Positions 56,137 through 64,000 of a stretch of 64,000 bases of DNA are shown here, in pieces (within the stretch, counting starts at the first letter, position 1; the number at the start of each line of letters is the position of its first letter). The position numbers were made by a program, and so were the translations under genes. This DNA comes from Fibrobacteria bacterium (GTDB lineage Bacteria > Fibrobacterota > Fibrobacteria > UBA11236 > JADFYW01), in NCBI GenBank assembly GCA_050294405.1, contig JBNKOC010000024.1, forward strand, positions 32,001 through 96,000, given 5' to 3'. The notes under the pieces were generated by a model. It was not told where the DNA came from. It was given only the letters and a program-made list of their open reading frames with translations, and made no database searches.

Positions 56137-58533
56137 CTATTCCCCAACAACAACAAAACTTCGAACCAATTTTTGTCCATCAGAATCAATCAATGTTAAT
56201 TGATGTTTACCAGGTTTGGGGTATAATTCCAAATTATGCGTTTCCAGGGTAGTTGTTAAATATCTCCCATCCAAATGCCAATGAATCTCAGCTTTGGGGT
56301 TCCTGTGTGATGCTTCAAAAATGGTTCGACTTTTTTTCCCGCTCAGCGTGACGGGAATAAAAACCCTGGTTCCTTCATTGGGATAGATTAAATCCATATT
56401 CTTTATTTCCTGAAAGGGAGCTACGCAGTCTGGCCTCCACGGAGGTAATGGCAAATATCCACTGTGCTTTTTAAGATAAAACCATTCCTGATTGGGAGGA
56501 AGCACAAACCAGGGAACAGATTTCATTTTAGAAACCTCCTCACAGGATTGTCGCACCCTTTTGCTCGCTGTGCCATCCAAATGCACCAACTTATGGTAAG
56601 GGCATGGAGCCAATTTAGTTTCCCCAAAAGGCATCCAAAGGGTATCCCTCCCAGGGCAATCAGGATTGGGCGGGTGACCCGATAATGGGCATACAGTCAT
56701 TTCCTGAAGGTCTTTCCTAGGGAATTGAAACCATTCCGAAGGAGGGAGCAGTTCAAAAAGTTGAAATAACAAGGGGGCTGCAACCTGGACTCCCACAAGT
56801 CCGGGCCGCCCCTCACCATCGGCATTTCCAACCCACACCCCAATGGCGTATTTAGGGGTAACCCCTACTGCCCAGGCATCCTTAAAACCAATGCTGGTCC
56901 CAGTTTTCCAGGCAATGGGTCTGCCAGAAGCGTAATTTTTCCAGGCCCCGTCCTCATCTGGGCGAGCCACTTCTACCATAGCTTCCACAGTAAGCCAAGC
57001 AGATCCCGGATCCAAAACTCCATTACCCGGGAGTATTTTAAATGGATTTTCTCCACGTAAAAGAGAAGCATAACTCCATTTTAATTTTTGTGAATTGCCT
57101 GATTGCAAGGCTTGGGATAGCCCCGCGTAGATATTAGTAATATCCCACAGGGTTGCTTCCCCACTTCCCAAAATTAAGCTTAAGCCATAATCTTCAGCTG
57201 GTCTGGTCAAAGTCCTAATACCCATGGACTTTAAAAAATCATAAAATCGTTCCACACCAAACATTTGAAGCATTCTGACAGATGGAACATTTAAGGACCT
57301 GGCCAAAACCTGCCAAGCCGACACTGCCCCCTCATAATCCCTGTTGAAATTTTTTGGCGAATAACCGCTTATGCTTGTTGGAACATCGGCTAATAAAGTT
57401 TTAGGAGTGATTTCACCAGACTGCAAAGCAGCTCCGTATAAGAGAGGCTTTAAAATGCTTCCGGTACTTCGGGAAGATTGAATAACATCTACATAACAAT
57501 TATTATCTTCCTTATTTGGGGGCCAACAATTACCAACATAGGCCACAACTTTTGAATTCTCAACATCTATAATTAAAGCAGCAGCATTATGAATAAAATT
57601 TCCAGACAAATTTTTTAAGTGGTTTTGCACTCTAGAATTAACAGATTCTTGAAGCGATTTTTTAATACTGGTTTTGATCCGGGAACCCTTTTTTAATTCC
57701 TTGGAAGTATTTTTTATCTCGGCTAATAAATGCGGCGCCAACTCGGGCAGCGCTTTTGGGGATTCGGGAATTGATTCCAATAGGGCCAATTGCAGAGTCG
57801 TAGAATCAATAGTATGTTCCGAGGCTAATTTTTTTAGCAATTTATTTCTTTTGTTTCTCAAATCCACCCGGTTTCTTCCGGGATGTATCAACCCAGGTGA
57901 ATTGGGTAACACGGCCAGTAAACAATATTCGCTCCAGGATAATTGATTTATATCACGTTGAAAGTACCTCCATGAAGCCGTTTCAACCCCAACGACATTT
58001 CCTCCATAAGGTGCATGGGAAGCATAAAGAGCCATAATTTTTTTTTTGGAATAACCGAGTTCCAATCGAATGGCCCAAATTATTTCAACCATTTTTTCAA
58101 AATAATTTCGATTATTATTTTTTCGACACAGACGTATGGTTTGCATGGATATGGTGCTTGCGCCGGATACCACATTTCCTTTGGTAATATTCAGCCATAA
58201 AGATCTTGCAACCGCAATAGGATCTACCCCAGGATGGAAATTAAACCTTTTATCTTCAAAGGAAATAACAGCTTTGGCATATTTTTCAGGAACTATTTCC
58301 AGAGGAGGAAAACGCCATTGCCCATCTTCCGCAATCCTGGCACCCAATAACTGGCCTTGACTATCAAATAAGGCCAGGGAATATGGATCTTTAAATAAAC
58401 TTGAGGGAAGAAGGAAATAAAACCAAATAACAAATACCAGGAAAATACCCGGAAAAATCAACCACCATTTATTTTCCCAGCGAAACAATTTCCAACCATT
58501 TTCCTTTTTTCCGTGCGTTAATGGATGCATCAT
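56137..58533 (-). CDS. pbpC: Penicillin-binding protein 1C
   Basis: Transglycosylase EDKRF, GASTISMQ; transpeptidase GSILKP, SLN, KTGT; C-terminal BiPBP-like domain; directly downstream of the alpha-2-macroglobulin gene. True start is probably later than 58533. Confidence 0.93.
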   Translation of the reverse strand: MMHPLTHGKKENGWKLFRWENKWWLIFPGIFLVFVIWFYFLLPSSLFKDPYSLALFDSQGQLLGARIAEDGQWRFPPLEIVPEKYAKAVISFEDKRFNFHPGVDPIAVARSLWLNITKGNVVSGASTISMQTIRLCRKNNNRNYFEKMVEIIWAIRLELGYSKKKIMALYASHAPYGGNVVGVETASWRYFQRDINQLSWSEYCLLAVLPNSPGLIHPGRNRVDLRNKRNKLLKKLASEHTIDSTTLQLALLESIPESPKALPELAPHLLAEIKNTSKELKKGSRIKTSIKKSLQESVNSRVQNHLKNLSGNFIHNAAALIIDVENSKVVAYVGNCWPPNKEDNNCYVDVIQSSRSTGSILKPLLYGAALQSGEITPKTLLADVPTSISGYSPKNFNRDYEGAVSAWQVLARSLNVPSVRMLQMFGVERFYDFLKSMGIRTLTRPAEDYGLSLILGSGEATLWDITNIYAGLSQALQSGNSQKLKWSYASLLRGENPFKILPGNGVLDPGSAWLTVEAMVEVARPDEDGAWKNYASGRPIAWKTGTSIGFKDAWAVGVTPKYAIGVWVGNADGEGRPGLVGVQVAAPLLFQLFELLPPSEWFQFPRKDLQEMTVCPLSGHPPNPDCPGRDTLWMPFGETKLAPCPYHKLVHLDGTASKRVRQSCEEVSKMKSVPWFVLPPNQEWFYLKKHSGYLPLPPWRPDCVAPFQEIKNMDLIYPNEGTRVFIPVTLSGKKSRTIFEASHRNPKAEIHWHLDGRYLTTTLETHNLELYPKPGKHQLTLIDSDGQKLVRSFVVVGE

Positions 58534-61500
58534 ACATCGCCTCTACATTTACAGCCGGCAAATAAAATTTGCCCAGGTAACTGGCGTTTAAATAAGTTTC
58601 AAGGGTCATTGATTTACCCGGCCCCAGATTAAAATAGCTGTAAATTCGATCATCGCGAATATCTTGATAATCTATGTTATCGGATATTTGACGTTGTATA
58701 CCCGCCTCCATTCTCTCATTATGGATTTCAAATCCAGATGGGAAAATTTGAGAGAGGACTAGGTTATCAATTTTTAAATTTTTTGATTTGTTAGTTATGG
58801 ATACCCTTGCCTTTAGATCTACTCCATGGATAATTTTATCCAAATTAATACTGTTACCCGTTAAATCGCTGTATTCAACATTGAGGTAGAGGCCATTTTC
58901 GGCATCTGTTTCTTTATCATAGGGAGGTTTGCCTTCCATAAACAAACGGACATATAAAACCCTATTGGATTTATTCTCAATTTTAAATTCTTTTCCAAAA
59001 TCAGGTGCCCATTCATCTGATATTAGATACACAGGATTTGTACCGTTTATGGTTTTAAATTTTTTGGAACCAAAACCATAATTAAATTCGAGATTAGGTT
59101 CCTGGTTATTTTTGATTCCCATCAGGGTATATTTGGCAACGGACATAAGGCAATATGAAGTCGTTTGGGTGCTCATCCAGTCATTCGAGGAAAGCCTTTC
59201 GGATATATCTACCATTAAATTTTTTGCCTTCTGCTTATTGCCCATTAATACCATAGTTTCAAGAATCATAGCGGAGTCTCTTAAACTGGAACCATAGGTA
59301 TAATTATGTTCACAATAGGGCTTCACATGGTAATAAGCCTTTGAGATTAAGGCTTTTGAAATTTTTTCCTGTCCAGATAATTGATAAGCTGCAGCCAGAC
59401 GGAAAATAACCTCATTTTGCAAGGATGGAGATTCTCTTAACCTGTTCATGGCAGCTAATTCGGGCTCCCCCGCCAGAGCTAGGGTGTATAAACGATAAGC
59501 CTGAATCAAGGCACCCCTATATTGGTCAGAATACCATGAATTAGCCATTCGTTTTTGAAAGTTTTTCCACTGGCTTAACATATTTTCTGAAACAGAATAT
59601 CCAGCTTTTTTGGCTTCCAGCAGAAAATGACCGACATAGTTGGAGCCCCATTCTGTAACTTCGGAATTACCGGGCCAGTAAACAAAACCTCCATTTCCTA
59701 ATTGAAAATTTCTCAATTTGTTAATTCCTGCTGTAACATTATACTCAATTTCTTTTTTCTTTTCGGAATCCATGTGAATAAGTTCGGGCAAATATAATTG
59801 AGGAAAAATCGACGAGGTGGTTTGCTCAATACATCCATGGGGATATCGAATCAGATAATTTAATCGACCTGCCATATTAATATCGGGAATTCGGGATACC
59901 TCCACCGATACATTGTTCGTACCTTCAACTCCAGGAAGCTGCATTTCCAAATTCCAGGATTCCCCCATTTGCAATGTTTTTTTCATCACCTCGGTTATTT
60001 TTTGGATTGGGTTTCTAATTTCAATTTCAATGGCTTGTTCAGCCATTTTACCGGAGCCTTTAGCCGTAATATGAACCTTAGCCCAACCCTGTGAAATTCC
60101 TGCTTTTAATTTAAATTCTATAAGTTCATCACCTGGAGAATTGAATTTTAATTTCTTTGATGCTTCAGACATAATATCCAGGGATCCTTCTACTCTTACA
60201 GATACATCTACATCTCTGATGCTATTTTCCATGGCAAAAACTGATATTGGCAATGAAACTTCCTCCTGCGGACCCAATACTCTTGGCAGTACACCCAAAA
60301 CCATTAGGGGGTTTCGAACAGGCACTGCTTTTTCATACATACCATACGCTTCGCTTTGTCCTGCTACAGCCATAACTCTCACCGACCCCACATATTGAGG
60401 AATTTGAATTCTGTGTTCTTTTTTCTCACCACTTTCAATATGAAAGGGACCTAAATGGATAACCATGGGAGGAAACCTATTTCCCCTTTTTTCTTTGGGG
60501 CGCACCGACTCATCTCCGCCTATTGATAAAAGCCTTTGAATATTATCTCCCAAGTTCCCTGCAATATCATTGTATAAGTCCCAGGTTTTAACGCCCAAAG
60601 CTTCTTTTTTATAAAAACCTTGATGGGGGTTTGGAGTTTTGAAGTGTGTTAAATCTAGTAAACCTTCATCCACAATGGCTAAAGTATATGTCATGGCACG
60701 GCCATTTTGCTCACGAACCATAATTTTTGACTCACTGCCTGGTCTGAAAACTTCCTCATGGGTGAGTTGGGGAGTTAAAATGGTACTGGAATCAACTACA
60801 TCAATGGGGATTACCCCGTATAATCTGATTGGTCTGTCGTTGGCCAATTTTTTATGTGGCTGGATAAGCATGGCATGTATATAGAAATTAGGTGCCATTT
60901 CGGATACAATATTAAATTCGGCTTTGGCATATCCACCTTCACTTAGCAACCACATAGTTTTTAAAATTTTACTGCCAGTCTCAAGAGAAAGCAATACCCG
61001 CGTTCCCTCAGGAGCTGGAATAGTAACATGGGCTATTTCTCCGGTTTGGTATTTGTCCTTATCTGCTTTAAAAGACAGAACGCTGGCCCCAATTCCCTCA
61101 TTGGCTCCACGATTTCCCCAACCAGGCCAGTCTGCGTAAAAGATTTTGCCTGTACAATGTTTCCCATTAACATCACATGCCTTGATAAGGTATCGACCCC
61201 ACTCTTCCTTATTAATTTTAAAATCCCAATATCCCTTTCCCTTTAGAATCGCAACGGTATCTTTTTCAACAAACTGGTTATAATTTCTGTTTATAAAATT
61301 GGCCAGAGATTCCTCTTCCCTATCCCACCACCAGCGCCAGTTAATTTTGTATAGGGATATTTCCACCTTGGAAATGTCCGTGGGCTCACCAGAAGGCTGC
61401 AATCCGGCCAATTGGACTCGATATGTGGTATCGGTTACTAGCTGTTTACCCCATCCCCGGCCTTCGGGTACCCGAATTCCCAGGTATTTTGGAAAGGGGT

Positions 61501-64000
61501 AATAATCAATGGCCGTATAATCTACGCTAAAACCACCACCTGATTCAAAGACCCGGGATTTAAACTTAGCCTGTAGCATACCCGGAGCGTCTAATACATT
61601 GTTTAATTTAAATTCAAAATCACTCGTTCCATTTGAATCTAAAGTCAAATCAAAAATTTCCTGATTTCGCTCTTGAAATTTTGCAGACGGATCCGAAAAA
61701 ATAAAATCTGGAAATTTTTTAAAGTTTGTTGGTGCTGGCACCAAGGTGATTTCGGATTTAGCTTTCAACCCTCTTGCGGGTGCACCATGAAGCCATTGGG
61801 ATTCAATTATTCCTTTAATAATTTGTGTATCAGATGTCAGATAATCAGAGCCAAATTTTAAATTTATTTTTAACCTATTAGGCATCACTGTTTCAATTTT
61901 TAATTTACGCCCGAAGGTGCTCCCTCCAATATGAACCTGTCCCGACCAAAACCCGGTAGGATCATTAGGAGAAGTTGCGGTGGCAAAGCGGTAAAAACCA
62001 TGAACCCCTCCTGAAGAAACTTGTTTATCAATCAATTGATTTTTTGGGTTATAAAATTCAAATGTTATGGGATGGTTTTGTGGAAGACTATGCTCTTTGT
62101 CTTCAAGTATAAAAGTTAAATATAAGGAATCTCCTGGCCTCCAAACTCCCCTCTCTCCATATAAAAACCCCTTTAACCCGTCTTGGACCTTTTCACCGGC
62201 CACATCGAAATGGCTTACGGTGTTCATGTTACCATCACCCACTTTAAGGTAACCTCTCTCATTGTCCATAGAGGCTGTAATAAAAAAAGCTTTTCCTTCC
62301 AATTTCAAAACGGATATTCCATTATTATCCGTGATTCCTGAATTAAGCATCCGGTTTTGAAAATTGAAAGCTTTAATTTCCACCCCGGACAAGGGTTTGG
62401 TATCGAGAATATTAGTCGCAACTACTTGCAATTCACCATCTGTTCCCATTTTGGCAATCAACCCCAGGTTGCTGGCTAAAAAATTTCGGGAAACCTTGTG
62501 GGAGTTATAAACATAATAACTGGGATGGCAGGGGTTCTCCCGTTCGCGCCAGGAATAATAATTGTACCCACTATCGTAGTCATAGCCATAATCGTGGTAA
62601 TAATAGGAATCCTCTTTATTTTTTATTTCGGGGAATTTTTCAGGGTAGCGGCTAACCGTATCTCCGCAAAAATACAAAGATTGACTCATCCTAAAATTTA
62701 AAGAAATATGATAAAGCGCGCCGGGCTTTTTCTTGAGAAGAGATGTTAAATCCAACGAATAAGTATTCCATATGTTGAGCTGGTTACTTGCAGTATTCAA
62801 TTCCACCGTTTTAACCCAAATTTCTCTACCAACATACTTGAGTCGGTTGGTTCCACTGAAATCATTATCCTGCAAAAATTGAGGGATGTTATCTGCATAT
62901 ACTTCTGTGGCAGTTACATCAATTGCTTTTAAATTTACCGCTTCAAAAGGAAGAAGCAATTTTTCACTCCCAGGTAAAATGGTACCTTTCCCAATAATTT
63001 TTATGCCGGGTTTTATTTCCTTAAATTCAACAATACCTTTGTATATATCACTTAAAGTATTCCCCTCTTGATTCTTGAGACCCTCGGCAATTTCAATTTT
63101 CACCTTTCCCCTCCACCTACCGCTTTGAAATACTTTGATTTGATTTCCTTCAATCCGAAAGCTTAGTGTTTTTATGCCAGCAATACTTATTATTCCATCC
63201 AGATTTTGATTTGACTGTAATAAGTCACTTGTAGATATAAGGACGTATTGCTGCTCCTCCTGAACTGCCTGCAATTCCGTAATTTTATAATCACTAAGAG
63301 ATGGAATTACAATTTCCTTTTGCACAGTTTCTTTCACTCCAATAACGCCGCCCTCTGCGATCAAAATCAGAGTTTCACTTTTTTCAGTTCTTGGTATAGA
63401 ATCAATCCAAAACTGGTGAGTTCTTCTGTCTGATTCATGCCTCCAATTAATAGGAAATTCCCTATCGCCTAGTTTAGCCGATAATATTTTCTCAATTGAA
63501 AACCCGTCTTCAGTATCGGCTGTGGTCAGTGAACCATCAAGACCCCGAAATTTATTGGAGTTCACGGACTTTAACGGTTTTATATTAATTGAAAAGGATT
63601 GATTAATTATTGTGAATTTAAAATTGAATTCTTTAGGATTGCCAGGAGGCAATTCGAGTAAACCTTTTAAATTGAGGCTAGCTGTGTATTCTGTACCAGG
63701 AGGCATAATTTCCGATGGACGAAATTCAAGGGTCTGTGGATTGGTCCAAAGAAATTCCCCTTTTAGAGAGGGAACAAAATTTAAAGGAGCCTTTTCAACA
63801 GGTTGATTTATTTTATCCTTATCCACCATATCTGACGTAAATACCAATCTAATTGTGGATTCCTTGCTGATGATTCCAGAGGTATAAGCAGAAATATATT
63901 CGGCTAATTCAGCATGTTCTTTTGGATTTGGCTCTGTCTTTTTATTGCAGCTAATCAAAAGCACACTTAAACCTAAAAGCGCAGATAAGAGTCCAGGGGT
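58469..64000 (-). CDS. Bacterial alpha-2-macroglobulin lipoprotein (YfhM-like); 5' end lies just outside the window
   Basis: The frame is open to the window edge (…LLGLSVLLISC lipobox); YGERGVWRPGD, AIVDEGLL, thioester YPHGCIEQTTS, DIRDDR and EAMYD. Confidence 0.93.
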   Translation of the reverse strand, partial: TPGLLSALLGLSVLLISCNKKTEPNPKEHAELAEYISAYTSGIISKESTIRLVFTSDMVDKDKINQPVEKAPLNFVPSLKGEFLWTNPQTLEFRPSEIMPPGTEYTASLNLKGLLELPPGNPKEFNFKFTIINQSFSINIKPLKSVNSNKFRGLDGSLTTADTEDGFSIEKILSAKLGDREFPINWRHESDRRTHQFWIDSIPRTEKSETLILIAEGGVIGVKETVQKEIVIPSLSDYKITELQAVQEEQQYVLISTSDLLQSNQNLDGIISIAGIKTLSFRIEGNQIKVFQSGRWRGKVKIEIAEGLKNQEGNTLSDIYKGIVEFKEIKPGIKIIGKGTILPGSEKLLLPFEAVNLKAIDVTATEVYADNIPQFLQDNDFSGTNRLKYVGREIWVKTVELNTASNQLNIWNTYSLDLTSLLKKKPGALYHISLNFRMSQSLYFCGDTVSRYPEKFPEIKNKEDSYYYHDYGYDYDSGYNYYSWRERENPCHPSYYVYNSHKVSRNFLASNLGLIAKMGTDGELQVVATNILDTKPLSGVEIKAFNFQNRMLNSGITDNNGISVLKLEGKAFFITASMDNERGYLKVGDGNMNTVSHFDVAGEKVQDGLKGFLYGERGVWRPGDSLYLTFILEDKEHSLPQNHPITFEFYNPKNQLIDKQVSSGGVHGFYRFATATSPNDPTGFWSGQVHIGGSTFGRKLKIETVMPNRLKINLKFGSDYLTSDTQIIKGIIESQWLHGAPARGLKAKSEITLVPAPTNFKKFPDFIFSDPSAKFQERNQEIFDLTLDSNGTSDFEFKLNNVLDAPGMLQAKFKSRVFESGGGFSVDYTAIDYYPFPKYLGIRVPEGRGWGKQLVTDTTYRVQLAGLQPSGEPTDISKVEISLYKINWRWWWDREEESLANFINRNYNQFVEKDTVAILKGKGYWDFKINKEEWGRYLIKACDVNGKHCTGKIFYADWPGWGNRGANEGIGASVLSFKADKDKYQTGEIAHVTIPAPEGTRVLLSLETGSKILKTMWLLSEGGYAKAEFNIVSEMAPNFYIHAMLIQPHKKLANDRPIRLYGVIPIDVVDSSTILTPQLTHEEVFRPGSESKIMVREQNGRAMTYTLAIVDEGLLDLTHFKTPNPHQGFYKKEALGVKTWDLYNDIAGNLGDNIQRLLSIGGDESVRPKEKRGNRFPPMVIHLGPFHIESGEKKEHRIQIPQYVGSVRVMAVAGQSEAYGMYEKAVPVRNPLMVLGVLPRVLGPQEEVSLPISVFAMENSIRDVDVSVRVEGSLDIMSEASKKLKFNSPGDELIEFKLKAGISQGWAKVHITAKGSGKMAEQAIEIEIRNPIQKITEVMKKTLQMGESWNLEMQLPGVEGTNNVSVEVSRIPDINMAGRLNYLIRYPHGCIEQTTSSIFPQLYLPELIHMDSEKKKEIEYNVTAGINKLRNFQLGNGGFVYWPGNSEVTEWGSNYVGHFLLEAKKAGYSVSENMLSQWKNFQKRMANSWYSDQYRGALIQAYRLYTLALAGEPELAAMNRLRESPSLQNEVIFRLAAAYQLSGQEKISKALISKAYYHVKPYCEHNYTYGSSLRDSAMILETMVLMGNKQKAKNLMVDISERLSSNDWMSTQTTSYCLMSVAKYTLMGIKNNQEPNLEFNYGFGSKKFKTINGTNPVYLISDEWAPDFGKEFKIENKSNRVLYVRLFMEGKPPYDKETDAENGLYLNVEYSDLTGNSINLDKIIHGVDLKARVSITNKSKNLKIDNLVLSQIFPSGFEIHNERMEAGIQRQISDNIDYQDIRDDRIYSYFNLGPGKSMTLETYLNASYLGKFYLPAVNVEAMYDASINARKKGKWLEIVSLGK

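Overview
AT-rich bacterial DNA, most likely from a polysaccharide-degrading member of the Fibrobacterota (inferred from a FISUMP/Fib_succ_major-type lipoprotein, tandem GH9 cellulases, many secreted esterases with short basic or T9SS-like C-terminal tails, and paired lineage-type beta-barrels). I saw no rRNA, tRNA, CRISPR array or mobile element. The standout is a tightly coupled ~14.5 kb minus-strand operon (17437-31996): korA-korB, an 800-aa eroded PFOR-like protein with a C-terminal ferredoxin, rnfB, a ~1380-aa apparently catalytically dead PFOR-like Fe-S protein, rnfCDGEA and a 47-aa Cys-rich membrane peptide. It converges on a hemerythrin-like gene. Both transcription units have a sigma-54 (-24/-12) promoter and share arrays of a GNCA-N3-TGNC-like enhancer motif, which suggests one co-regulated redox module. 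Other notable loci: an ECF sigma/ZAS anti-sigma/vWA lipoprotein unit with two near-identical ECF promoters; a DUF4810-like/DUF799/CsgG/PEGA/beta-barrel envelope operon; two paralogous beta-barrels with a ThuA-like protein; a lipase followed by two lipoproteins; a TetR/methyltransferase/DmeF unit with a palindromic operator; and alpha-2-macroglobulin-pbpC. All family calls come from motif recognition by eye, not database searches.
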